DNA of 64,000 bases from positions 56,422,001 to 56,486,000 of the forward strand of contig NC_045696.1 in NCBI RefSeq assembly GCF_009834535.1, given 5' to 3'. The notes under the pieces were generated by a model that was given only the letters and a program-made list of their open reading frames with translations, was not told the origin of the DNA and did no database searches. Made by a program: the position numbers and the translations under genes. Each line of letters starts with the position of its first letter. The first letter of the stretch is position 1. The DNA is from Camelus ferus. Lineage: Eukaryota. Positions 39,757-53,039 of this stretch are shown piece after piece.

Positions 39757-42540
39757 CTGGAGAGAAGAAGGAATGGGTACAAAGTAATTACAAAGCAAAG
39801 AGCCACAGATTTCTTTTCAACCCTTCCTCCAGCATTCTGAAGAAATGTCTTTCAAGAATCTTTTGAGAATCTTAAGCAGAAGTAGTAGTTGCTTCCATAG
39901 CTGTTTATAGAAACACTGGAAGATCTTAAGAATAGCAATTTGACTGCAAAGAGAAAGCAAGGAGATTGATCTTACAGGGAGCAAGCGTTAAAAGGACACT
40001 GTTGACTTAGCTGGTTTTCTCTGGGTGACTTGGTGAACAGTGGCTGATGGAGATTACAGGATGCCTAAAGTGCCCTTTCTCCATCCCTTGGTTCACCCTT
40101 GGTTCTATCCTACAGTCAAGAAACAAACAAACAAAAAGCAAAACTCCTTCAATAATGATCATAAAGAATTAGTTGTCATACCCAAAAGTTGCAGAAAGGA
40201 GATGACTTTTGATACCCCTGATCTTATATACTGAGAAGGAAAAAGTAAAAGTAACAAAATGCCAACTTACATTTCCACAGGCTCTAAATCTACAGCTTCA
40301 AAGCTGTTTCACTAATGATCCCACTTGGCTTTTATGCAATATATATATTGCTAGGTAGACTGAAACTAGTATTCATCTCTTCTGATTCCTAATTTAATGC
40401 TCCTGAACAGTGGTCCTTCAATCAAGTAAAAATACAGCTAGAGATGAGAGGAAAGCAGAGGTTGCTGTGTTGTGGGCTTCAAGCTGCTCCTACTGCTAGA
40501 TACGGCACATTTCTAACCCACGAAGGCTGTCACAGCAGTGGGGTCCCATCACCTCTCTGGAGAGGAATCTCAACCTCTTCACTCTACCTAAGGTGCCTCT
40601 GGCACAAGCTACTCTGTGTATATCAGATAAGGGACCAAAATAAAAAGATGTGATCCAAGTAAAGGAGAAACAATGATTCCTATTTATTTTTTTCCTGTTA
40701 CTTCTCCATTAACTGTCTAATTTTCTGATCCTGTAGTAAGCTAGTATAACTCATAGTTTAAAAAGGAAAATTCATGGTGTATTATTTTGAGCAATTCAGG
40801 AAAGTAGACAAATTCAATAACACTAGTTAATCAATACTGACAATCCCTGAAAATGTGTTAGTTTCCTGAAAACGGAAGTAATAAATGAAACATTATAGAG
40901 TTACCATGAGCTAAAATAGTACAATACTATCTTGTCATTTGTAACATAGACTATACAAAGACAAAATATCTCACAAAACATAAAATTACTGTTGTTTAAC
41001 TTTGAGTTCAATAACTAAGGAGTCTGAGGGGAAAATGGCAATGGTTTATTTCAGATATCTCAAATTTTAAGCTCATAATTTTAAGTATTTTTGTTCCTAA
41101 GATAAATAACGTATCAGTATACGAAAGAAGTCATTAAGAAACCATTAAAGAGAGAAAACAGAATTTTTGTAGAGGTCCATTTCTAGAAAAGATAGGTTCA
41201 AAGCAGAGATTAGATATGGACTACTTGAAGGCCTGGTGTGAGTGTTGTCTCACCACTATTAATGCCAACTTCAGAAAGGACAATCACAGAGAAAATCTTA
41301 CGCACGTCTTATGTGGCACAGCACAGCAGCCTCTACTTCTAAGAGTAAGTGGCCAGAAATGGCCCAGAATAGTGTCATTTTTTCTTTTTTAAATCACCAG
41401 TGTCTTTTTTATCTTTTAATACTCTTTGAGAAACTTAAATCGCCTCTTTTATAGCAGTTTTCAAGGCATGATGGGACATACAGGGAAAACCTCAGCTGGC
41501 TCTGTTCATTATTATGCAGCATTTCCTCAGCACCTACATTTATCCTACAACAGTAAAAACCTTTCTGTACTCTTGTTACTTGGATTTTTCAAAAAGTAGT
41601 CTTTTATGAGGGAGCCAAAATAAAGTGACCTACTATCATTTACCAACCCACCACCACACACCCTGGCACTTCAGGCCCTTCGTAAAGTGGCCTCAACGTA
41701 TCTTTTACTTGTCTCTCATTACTTCCCTCACTGTACATTTGAGCCAAATTATTACTCTTCCAACATTCTGTCCCACACTGTTTTGCCTCCAATTTTACTC
41801 TCCATCTGAAAAGTTTCCTATCCTCAATCTTACCCTATCAAAATTCAACTCACATGTCAAGAATTCTCTCATCTTTTCCAGATCTAATTAAATGTACTTT
41901 CTCCCTCCTCTGATTTCCAATAGGGTTTTGGATTCCTACTTTATTCTGTATCACATTATATCACTTAATTTTCTCCAAATGCTCTAAACTCAAGAAATTT
42001 TGAACCATGAATTTAAAAGAATATAAATTCCAGGGCACATTCTGAAACTGGCACACATTCAGCCTGTTCTCATACATCCTAAATCGTACTCTCCAAAGGT
42101 ACCTGATACTCAGAGTGGTGAGTCTAAGAAAATGTCCTTAAACTAAATATGAAAGGTGGCCAAGCATTTTAGAGACTTTTTTTAAGGGAATCAGGACTGT
42201 TTATGCTTCTTCTTGTGTTTTCTCTCACGTTACCAACTTAACCTATCCTATGACAATTACAAGACAGGAGGAGACTTTCTGGTATTTCTGGGTATTTTCC
42301 TTGTGTATGAATCCTAAAGTACCATGAAAGGAAGGAATGAAGGAAGGTAGGGAAGGAGGGAGGAAGAAAGGAAGGAACCAAGAGAGGGTAAAATGTCTTA
42401 CTTTCTGATAAAAGGGTAAAAAGGATAAGGGAAACAGAAGCAAACTGCCTTTCTCTGAAAGATAGCTAATTAAAACGACACAGATCATCAATTTAAAAGT
42501 AGCTAAATGAATAGGAAACAAAGACACTGAATTAACTTAC

Positions 42541-42818
42541 CTCCGCACTTTGGGTTTGGGCAATTGCTGGCTGAACTCAAGTACCTAAGAAGATTCCCAG
42601 GAAGATCATAGGGAGTGTAGGAAATATTTCGAATTTTAATGGTCCGTGCAGCTAACTCCAGGAGAGTTGGAGGGTCATAGGTTAAATCTCTAACGAAACG
42701 AACAACCAATGGATTTCCTCGTAAACTCAATTCTTCCAAATGAATAAGGTTGAGGATCTCTCGAGGCAGGTATGTCAGCAAGTTATTGTGAAGACTGAGG
42801 GAACGAAGTGAATGTAAC
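42541..42818 (-). CDS. LRRC58: LRRC58 coding exon 3 (last LRRs, BC-box-like motif, start of Cys-rich region)
   Basis: Acceptor ttctag|G, donor GGAG|gtaagt, 278 nt. Translates LHSLRSLSLHNNLL...PPTLLELAARTIK...NCPNPKCG, inside ORF 42503..42862. Confidence 0.96.
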
Positions 42819-43471
42819 CTAGAATGAACAGAGTACAAAGTCAACAGCAGAAAGCAAGACAACTGCTGAGCAAGTTAAGTCAAAAACTCAATTTCCCCAT
42901 AAGAACAGCAATTAAGATTAAGGTCAATGGAAACAAAATTAAAAAGTGCCGAAACTAAATCAGAGCCCAGATTTGTATTGCCATGAAGGACTTTTGTCCA
43001 TGGAATCCTAGAGAGCTTAAAATATTTAGAGAATATTCTGATGTGCTGATATATACGCTAGATTGAAAGGGTTTTTTTTCCTACACGTGTTTTATCATTC
43101 AGATACCTAAAAAAGGAAAGATTTCAAATGTAACAGGAATTAAAATCCTTCACATTATCCTATCTAGGATAGGAATGCTTTGCATCAAATATAAAATCAT
43201 AAAACCTGGGGAAATCTATGCCAAAGTAATACTCTATTTTTGATTATAGAAAAAAGGCTCAATCCACATTTTTAGAGTATCAGAGCCTTTAAAAGTAAAA
43301 TTTTAAATAAGCAACCCAGTCCATAGCGAACCTCAGAATTTTAATTCTCACGTATCATTTACTTTGAGAACACTTAATTCGTTTTCACATATAAATCATG
43401 TGGATGAATGCAGGACAATAATTCCTAAGTATGGATCTCTGTGTATACATATACTGCCTGAAAATACTCAC

Positions 43472-43600
43472 TGTGAAAGCTGAGGAGGCACACTTTGGAT
43501 TTTATTATCACATAATACCAAATAATTTAGAGAAGACACATTTCCTAATTCTGGTGGAATTTCTTTGATGAAGTTTCCTCCAAGATACAAACACTCTAAA
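43472..43600 (-). CDS. LRRC58: LRRC58 coding exon 2 (LRRs)
   Basis: Acceptor ttttgcag|T, donor CA|gtgagt, 129 nt. Translates (S)LECLYLGGNFIKEIPPELGNVSSLNYLVLCDNKIQSVPPQLS(Q). This frame is not in the ORF track. Confidence 0.95.
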
Positions 43601-44290
43601 CTGCAAAAATGAATGAACAAAAACAAAAAAATAAATAGAAGTTGGACAAGTACCCTGTTGTCTTATTATAATGAACACATATTGTTTATTCATGCAGATG
43701 TTTTACTTAGGATTTCTATGTTCTATACAGTTTCTGGAGAAATAATGTAATCTTCAGGGAGCTTATATTATAGGTAAGCAGACAAGACACATCAATGGTA
43801 GACAACATTATAATTACATGCAGAACAAGCCCCCAGATAAGCATAATGTGATTAAAATACCAAAATAAGCAGGACTACCCGTAAATGATACAGGAGTTTA
43901 GAAAGTAGAGAAATAAAAAAAGGACAAAGTAGCTCTGATTGAAAGGCTTCCTCAAAGTGCTGTGACTTCAGCAGGACCCTGAATTTGGCCCTTTTAAGGT
44001 AGGAGGAAAGAGAACACTTCAGGTTGGAAGAGAGGGCTTTTATGGGATAATGGGTACATCTTTTAACATGTAAGAGGAGAATTCATGTTGAGAAACCCAG
44101 AGATACAGCTGGAGAAAGGCCAGATTCAGGAACCCTGAATTCCATGCTGGTGGGCAACGGGAAAATCACTAGCCTTTTTTTTTGAAGACTGGAAAACCAT
44201 GGCTGAAGTCTACTTCTTCTTTGCCCTCAGTATAGCAAATGCAGTCTTCAGAGGCTAACTAGATAAATTATGTAAAACCGAGCACTATCA

Positions 44291-44483
44291 GTGGCTTGCT
44301 CTCTGCCTTCTGAGACAGCCGGTACTCTTTCTACGGAGTGTGACCTACTTCTACTTTAACCACCCCCCGCTCCTCATGCCTTATGGCCTTTCTCTTGCCT
44401 TCTGAGATGGCCTACACTTTGTCTATGGAGTGTACACCTCCCTGAATAAATCTACTTTTATTTTTTTAAAAAAAGCCAAAACA
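44291..44483 (+). mobile_element. Short TSD-flanked polyadenylated retroposed fragment, LTR-like, in LRRC58 intron 1
   Basis: 17-bp direct repeats at 44274-44290 and 44484-44500 (15/17 identical), AATAAA at 44445-44450, A-rich tail from ~44468, and an internal ~45-bp imperfect repeat. Confidence 0.7.
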
Positions 44484-44829
44484 AAAACTGACCACTATCA
44501 TGAAATTAAAGTTCCAGATAATAATCCTGTTTTCCAATAAGTTGACAACATTTTAGACATAGTATATACTGTACCAAAATGTACTGCTAACTCCTTGTGG
44601 TGATGACTATAGGAAGGCTCTCTCCAAGATTTCTGCAGGGGGTGGCAGAATCAGTTCTTACTATATAAATACAAATAAAATGTATACACACAGACCTTTT
44701 CCATTACTATTTTACCTTTGTCTTCCTGTTAAATCTGCTAACTCAGTAGATACTCTCATTCTTTTAAGACACCTTTAAATGTAGGGAAAAACAGCCTGCT
44801 AAATTATTACCTACACTTCCTTCACCATT

Positions 44830-44867
44830 AAGAATTACCTGGAAAAAAAAAAAAAAGAATTACCTGG
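44830..44867 (+). mobile_element. Solitary poly(A) insertion with perfect 13-bp TSD
   Basis: aagaattacctgg - A12 - aagaattacctgg at a TT/AAGA site, within a MER5-like remnant. Confidence 0.85.
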
Positions 44868-45844
44868 GATACTTTTAAACCTACAAAATCCAGGCTCCAT
44901 CCAGATCCACTAAATCAAGAGTTCCAAGGGAAGGGCCTGAGAAGTGTCAGATTTTAAGGTGTATGGTGTAATGTTAAAAGAAAAAGTCAAATTACCCTGC
45001 AAAGTTATAGCTAATTACAATCTATAATCAGCATTTAAGAGCACTCCTGACTCTACAACCCTGCCAACACTTACCATTATCACCTGCTTTAACTTTTTTT
45101 CCTACTTTGTACTACTTGCTGGTGTAAAAATGGTATCATTCTGTTATTTTAATCTTCCCTAATTGTCAGTGAAGTTTAGCATCTTTTTATGTTTTGGGTC
45201 ATTTGTACATCTTCGGAGAATTTCTTATTCCTATCCTTTACCCATTTTTCCTGTGGATTATATGGCTTTCTCTTATTAATTTGTTGAGAGCTTTGTTGTT
45301 GTTAAATACATGATCTACATAACTTTGTTCCTCTGTGGCCTAGAGCATGGTCTATTTTTGTTCACATTTTTATGTGGAAAACAATGTACAGCTACTAGGA
45401 CTGAGCTTGTTAACTGTGCAATTCAAATTTTTTATAGTCTGTCTTATTTTGCCCTTTTACTCTGGTGGTTAGTCTCCCACCAGAACCATGGTGTTCCTTC
45501 TTCCCTTTATAGTTCTGTCAATTTTTGCTCTTTCCTCTCAAAATACGGAAGCTATACTGAAGATACATTCAAGTTCATGACTATTAAAACTTCATGTTGC
45601 ATTGTTCCTTAAATCACATGAAGCATTTCTCTTTCTTCCTTCTAATCCATTTTGCCTTAAAATCTGTTTCCTCTGATTACGAATACTGCCTACTGGTTTT
45701 ATTCTTTTCATTTAATCCTAGCTCCACTACCTACCAGTGTGGAGAAGTTGGGCCAGCTACTTAATCTCACTGTGCCCCAGCTTCCTCTTCTTTAATGGAA
45801 TAACATTATCATATATCATATAAAGTGTCTAGTGGCACTAGGCA

Positions 45845-46370
45845 CCTACCACGTGCCAGCCAGCATTCTAGGGAACACAGCGTGTAAGTAAGTTCTTGAC
45901 CTTAAGAGGCTTTCATTTAGTGAAAGAGACAGACAGTAAACCAAAGAACGTATATATATCATGGCAGATAGCTTTAAGTGCTATAAAGAAAAAGGAAGGT
46001 AATAATCAGATGGTAATGGAAGTGATATTGTAAATACAGTGGTCAGAAAAGGTTTCTCTTAGGAGATGACACTTGAACATAGATCTGAATCAAATGATGG
46101 AGTAAGTACAATCATTGAGGTGGGAAACGCTGGGTGTGCTGAGAAAGAGCAACACAGCCAGCGTGGGTACATCAGGGTGACAGAGGTGGGAGAGTGGTGG
46201 TCGGAGAGGTCATAGGTAGCCTGGGAAGGCCAGATCACAGAAGACCCTTCAGGCCTCAGCAAGGATTTTGAATTTTATCCTAGGTAGGAAGGGTTCTTAA
46301 CGAAGGTTGGTTGTGTAATTTGACTTACACTTTGGAAGGATCACTTTGGTTATCGTATGGAAAACGGACT
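45845..46370 (-). mobile_element. L2 LINE 3' fragment
   Basis: gcacctaccacgtgccag...gagacagacagtaaac...ggtcagaaaaggtttctct...ggccagatcacag...gaaggatcactttgg. Confidence 0.75.
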
Positions 46371-46479
46371 GGGGGAGTGGCAGGGAGAGGCAGTGCGATG
46401 GGAGAGGTGGGGTCAGAAAGGCCAGAATGGCGCCTAATGCAGTCAGCCCAGATGTGAAATGATAAGAGACTTGCCTGGT

Positions 46480-47750
46480 ACATCTTCTTTTATCCCTTAC
46501 CTTTTAACATATTGGGGTGTTTCTATTTTAAGTGTAACTCTTAGAAACAGTGTACAACTTGATTGTTGATATGTTTACACTTGTGTTTTCTATTATCATG
46601 GTGTATCTCAACATCTTTTTCTCTTCATTTCTGCCTCTTGTTGTGTTCACCAAGTTTCCTTTTGCCCCCCTCTCCTGCTGTTGTTTTGAACTGTATATGC
46701 TATTTCTATTTTGCTTGAAGTTACCCCTTCAGTTTCCTTTGCTCTCCCTCACTCCCAAACACACATCCATGCTCCCTTCTGTCATCTTCATATCATCATC
46801 TAGAATTAGTTCCGCCTTGATTTGAAAATAAATTTAAATTTATTTTTTCCCAATCAATAATTATTCAGATTCATCAATATATTTTACAAATTTCTTTGTT
46901 CATCACTGTTTTTGGCACTTGCAATTTCTTTACAAATTCATTTTTCTTAGAGTTCATCCTTCAGAATTTCTTTCAGTAAGGACTCACAGTTGTTAATTTT
47001 TGAGTCCTTTATCTCTGATGTTTTTATATTTTCCCCCCTCACATTAGAAATAATAGCTTGGCTGAGCATAAAATTCTAGGTTGACAGTTACTTTTCCTTA
47101 GCACTAGGAAGACACTGTTCTGTTAACTTATTATAGCCCATATTACTGTTATCCCTTTGTAGGTAATCTGCTTTTTTTTTTTCTTATCAGGACTTTCTAG
47201 GATCCTTTTTTTTTAATCCTTATGGTTCTAAAGTTTTATGATGATGTGTTAAGATATCAGTTTGGAGTGCACTCTTTCTTTAATTGTGGGCAACTTAGCT
47301 ACGATTACTTCCAGAATTGCCTTTCCTATGTTCTCTCTATTCTCCTAGAATTCCCAGCAGTTTGAACTTTAGGATCTAGTTTCCATGTCTCTTAACATTT
47401 CTTTCATACTTTCCATTTCTTTATCTTTTTGTGCTGCATTCCAGGAGAATACCTCAGTAAGATCTAGCTTACTAATTCACTCATCAGCTGACTTCAATCT
47501 ATCACTCAGCCTATTGAATTCAGAATTGTATATTTTTATTTCTAGAAATTCAGATTAGGGTTTTTCACAGATGTCAGCTGTAAAACTTCTTATTCTTGTT
47601 TCACTGCTGAAGTTCCTTCTTTTCCCTCTCTGAAGTTGGGAAACATACTTACTTTAAAGTCCTTAACAGATTGCCTTATATGTATTTTCTCAGGTACAAT
47701 TTCTTCCATTTGTTGAACTTATCTGAATTTCACAATCTCAGCCTTCCTTG
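46480..47750 (-). mobile_element. Ancient L1-type fragment (ORF1 region)
   Basis: Antisense motifs ttggctgagcataaaattctaggttgacagtta and cctttgtaggtaatctgctttt. Confidence 0.65.
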
Positions 47751-50700
47751 ATGTGTGGTGATTCAAAAAGCCAATTTTAATCTGAAGTTTTGTCATTTAA
47801 AAAATACATTAATGACACTTTTTTTCTGTTTCTTATTGTGTACATCTTTTCAAAATCGCATTTCTCTCTTTAGGTTTATAATGCTTAGTAAAAGTAAGCA
47901 GAAAACTTTAATCCCAATTGGGTATTTTTTTTCTTTTAAGGATTTCTTTGTATAAAAAATCAATGGTCTGATACAAAACTGAATTCCCCTATACATGTAT
48001 TTAAGCACTGGTGCAAAATGTTTCTAGGCAGGATTTTTGGATCTTATGGTATGTTACTGCTCAGTTACTTAGAAATTTGTTTTTCAATGATGAGAGCTCC
48101 TAGAATGGGAACAGAGTAGAGTAGAATATTTGGAGTCCAAACACAGAAACTATCCTGGAAAAACAACTATTTTAATGAGACCATTGGGGGAAAAAATTTA
48201 GCAAATTTGGAAGTCCTCTTATAAAGGATTCAATTGTTAAATAACAACTTGCAATTTAGTCCAGTGAGGGAGAAAAGAAGATAAAGTAAGCAAAGGGAAG
48301 AGTGAGTCTGAGAGCAAATATAGACATTGTCCTATTTGTTTAAGTCAAGAACTAAGAGAAACTAGTCAGTAAACCGGTCAGTTACTACCCAATGTCTTCT
48401 CTAATGTTTTGGAATGTGTGAGAAGGTACACAGACAGAAAAGAAGCCAAACCTTAGTAATTACTGTGACTTTGGCAGAGAAAGATCCAATGTTCTAAAAT
48501 ATAACCAAGCCCATGATTTCAAAATCATATAAATCTCTTTTGCAACTGTTAGGTATCATCAATAGAGTACACAATCAGCATATTAAATTTACATTTTAAG
48601 GCTTATTTCTCACAAACTCAAATAATTTCCAAAGTTCTTGGACTCAAAGCCTTTCAGTGATTTGCGGGGATTTCTAGAACACTACCATTTCCAAACATGC
48701 TTTTCTATAAGAAGAGAGGAAATTACTGTTGAGTTTAAAGCTATAGTGTTTAAAACTATAGTGTTTAAAAGTTCTTATGTATGTGAAAACTGCACCTCTG
48801 TTAATCAAGCTTGGAACAACTCAATTCTTTCGGTGTCTGACAAATACGAAAAGCAGGAAAATCATTCAGAAAAATTTATTGAAGAATTTTTCATTTCTTT
48901 TTTGTTTAGGGTTAACAGACCACCTTCAGATTTTATTTCCCTGAAGAGTATCTCACCTCTCCAATCTTTAGGCATGCTGAAGTGGATGCCTTTCCTCTAG
49001 CAAGGGCCAATGACACCCTGAAAAAATACACTAGGTTCCCTCAGTGCCAATCAACTTTAACCACAGGTATAAGTAGGAAATGTTTTGCTTCTCCACCCAA
49101 ATAAAAATGACATTAAATGTAACAAAAATACACATGAGTCCTATACTATGGTTGGTTGAAGAGAGATGGAATTTAAAAAGAAACAGGTTTGTACACAAAG
49201 AGGCAGAAAACAGAAAATAAGAGAAACAAACATAAGAACTATACACTGTAATTAAAGTAAGTTGTTTTCTTGAGGTAGTATCCCCGTATTAAGTGATTTT
49301 CAAATACTCACCACAGGTTTTTAAAATACATTATATACTCAAAAGTAGAAGCACAAATGGAGGAATCATCTCTCGGTACTTGCCCCAAACTAGGCAATGA
49401 AAGAAAGAAGTCAGCAGGAAGAAGCTGAGAGCCAGAGAAAAACTCAGTATGTGATTCTAAATGGGGAAAGAGTTTTTATTAAACTCTACTGCATTCTACT
49501 TATCATTTAGCTGAGTCACCTCTTTTGTAAGATATCAACCTAGTGTAAGATATTACACTAGCTTCAAAACATTCTAGGACATTAACATTTAGCTTTTATT
49601 TCTATCACAATTCTTGTATCTTTAATTTCTAAAACCATATCAGGCAGACAGTGAGAGAGGGGTCATGAAAAGAAAAAGGCAGGCATTACTTGAGAAGAAA
49701 AGATTGTGGGGAATAGTAGCAATGAAACTCACTTGTGCTCAAACCTACTCTCCAAATGTTTAGCATCCTGGATGCCAAACAACCCTGAAGCTTTTGTTTT
49801 CTTAAATAAAGTCTATTACCCATTGGGTGATAAGTTATTAAACTTGTCCTCAATTAATGGCTGAGCTAGTTAAGGGGAATAAAAGGTAAGAATTCAAAAA
49901 AAAAAAAAAAAAGAAACAGGTCAAAATATGAATTACACCTATTTTTTTAACATTATAAAAACAAAAACTAGTTTGTCCACATACTAGCCAAACAGTTACT
50001 ATATCTACTTGTTGAAGAATAACCTCATATTTTGATGGGAAGAATCTACATCCACATCCTCATGATTCACATCAAGCCTAATTTACTCTAAGGGAATGAA
50101 GTTAATCATAAAAATAAGATTTTCACCACCTACTTATTTGTTATACTTCAAAATTATCTTTCAGAAACCACTTTTTAAAAATTTTGCCAGTAGGGAAAAT
50201 GATGAACAGAGTACAGAAAACATACATGAAGACACCCTGCTAAATCTGGAGAGGTCAACTACACCAATTAAGTTAGGAGTATTAATTTGTTATTCCTTCC
50301 TGGAATGATGGAGGGTGGGGAGAAAGGGGACCTTTACATGGATTATACACTCCGAATTATTTTTTAAATTGTTGTTAAAGAGGGTAGATATATTCTTAAT
50401 GTCCAAAACACCTGACTTGGTGTTATAAGCCACACGGCATACATCAAGGTTATCAATGAGGTCTAGGGAGTTCACATATATTCTAAGAAGAAGATGGTGT
50501 TCTTGGGCAGGTCCCTTAGGGTTTGAGTGACTGAACCTCCATCTCTACACTTCTGAAGCTTTAATGTATTATTTGAGTAGTCAGTAATAAGGAGCATTTG
50601 AGGGTTGAACCACATGAATCTGTCACTATCTGGCCTCAAGCAAGCCACTGATACTAAATCTCAGTTTCTTCATCTGGAAAAAGAAGGGGGTGAATCAGGC

Positions 50701-51339
50701 CAGTTGCCAGCTGTTTCTATTTTTCTAAGAGTATATTTCTACATAACTATTTTGCCTACATTAAACCAGAGTTTACATTTGGAGCATATAATCTAAAACT
50801 TAAACTAATTCTTACCAGTAAAGAGAAATGGAACATAGAACTGAAAAATAAAAACACTAACATAAAAGAGCCTACACACAACTGGAGACAAAGGTACTAT
50901 GATCAAAAACCATAGCTGGTAGCCCAGAAAATCAGGTCAATCAGGCAAATGGCTTTGGCCAATCCTCCTGATCACATATACAACAGAAGTCGAGAATTAG
51001 GTTCTAGCCCTACTCTGTCACTGTGGAAAATTCATGACTTTGAAGTCAGAGATTCCAAAAGTCAAATCCAGTTCTACCACTCACTGATTTTGTGATCTTA
51101 CTACTTTATATCTCAGCACCTGAGTTCCTTCCTCACATCTCACAGAGTCATTGTGAGCCTTAAAAAGCCTATTTAGAGCATCTACAGCAGGGCTAACTGC
51201 ATTGTAAGTACTCAATAAGTGGGATTTTTGCCTACCTTTCCCTCCATGGGATGGAAATAATATTTTCTCTGGGTTTTTCTTAAGAAAATTCAAATGAGAA
51301 TGTTGAAATTACATAACATCAAAATTAGAAGAAACCAAG

Positions 51340-52035
51340 ACTGTCAATTTTGTATCTAAATCTCTCTCCAACCCTTCTATTTCTTACTATCTCTCCTACC
51401 ATTACCCTGGTATAAGCTACCATTATCTCTCATTCTACTAGAATAGAAGTTCTATTCTCCACCTTCCAACTAGCCCTCAAAATCTCTTCTCTCCCCACCC
51501 TCTTCCCACTCCATTCCTGCAAAGCAACGAGACAGATGTGCTTTTCAAAAACTCTTTCATGAGTACTTAGAATAAGTACTTATCATGGCCTTCAAGACAC
51601 TACCAAATTTATATTTGCCACTTTCCCTCTTGGTCACTTCCTCATTATGCTCTAGTACAATGTCCTCCTTTCAAAATTTTGGCCTTCAGTCATTCCTGCC
51701 TCTGGGCTTTCTTTCACACATGCTGTTCCTTCCACCTGGACTGATACCATCCCACCCTCTCCTGGTTAACTCTTACTCTTCCTTTAAAAGCTCAATTCTA
51801 ATGTACTTGCTCAAAGACCAAACTAAGTTAATTGCATTTCAAGGCACTCTGTACTTCTTCATAGAACTTATGACAACTGAAATTAAATAATGAAGTTTAC
51901 AGTTACGTGTTTAACGTCTCCTCTGTCAGTATGCTCCATGAAGGCAGGATCACATACACCACTGTTCCCCAGCACCTACGACAGTACCTGACACAGGGTA
52001 AGTGCTTGATAAAAATCTGTTAGTGAGTAAACAAA
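51340..52035 (+). mobile_element. L2 LINE 3' fragment
   Basis: cacatgctgttccttccacctgg...gctccatgaaggcaggat...acagtacctgacacag...gtgcttgataaaaatctgttagtgagt matches the L2 3' end. Confidence 0.75.
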
Positions 52036-53039
52036 GGAACATCTTGTCTGAATGCTTCATTTTGCTGATTAGGAAGCTATAGGATATGTTAAGTGACTTG
52101 CCCAAGGCTGGGACACCAAGAGTTCTCATTCTCAGGGCAGTGTTCTTTTACTACTCTTCAATTTTGAAGTCTCTTACAGCCCTGATATTCTGGTATCTCA
52201 GAAAATGCAATAAAGAATGAAAATATTTTGCAGGTGGAAGATACTTTTTTTTTTCATTTTGGACAATACACTTGCTCTTGCTTTACTCCTCACTCCCCGG
52301 CAGGGCACCTTTAGGGGACTTTTGTTATCCTGCTTCTCTGCTTCCTCCTTTCATTTAACTCAGCATATATTCACTGAATAATCTAGTAGATGAGCCAGAT
52401 CTGTAAACAAGAAATTATAATCAATAAGCCAAGTGCAATGGCAGGATGAATGAGATACTGAACAAGTACAGTTTAGGCATTAATTAATTGTTGTCCAGGA
52501 AGCAGTAAAGGAAACAAGACATAACCCTTGAAACAGATTTTGAAAGAGGAATAGGATCTTGCCAGGTGCAGACAATATTCTGGGCAAAAGAACATCACAT
52601 GTACCAGAGGCATTGTATCCATTCTACACACATTTGGTGAGTGCCTACAAGGTGCTGGTACGCTCAGTGAATTCCACAGAGTATTGCTGGCATTGTTACA
52701 TACAAGACAGAGCAGGAAATGGAGTGGAAAAGAAGGGTGAGATCAGAGTACCTTGTATGTCACGCTGAAAGACATAAACTTTGATCTACAGGCATGGAAA
52801 ACCACATGAGACCTAGGGGCAAGTAAGTGACAACTTCAGATTTACATTTGTTTGAGTATGTACTCAGTTCGGATCACTTCCCACACCCTAGAAAGACGAC
52901 AGAAAAACTGCCTCGAAATTCTGCATAGGGCAAACACAACAACCCAAACGGGGTCACACCCACGGTCTTATTAGATCTTCACTACTCGCAGAGTTGGCAG
53001 GGTAGTGACCACAGTCAGAGTTCAAGAAAGAGCCTGGAC

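Noticed and set aside
49888..49920. A17 run in LRRC58 intron 1 as another poly(A) insertion
   Set aside because: The flanks share only about 5 nt (aagaa), which is not a convincing TSD.
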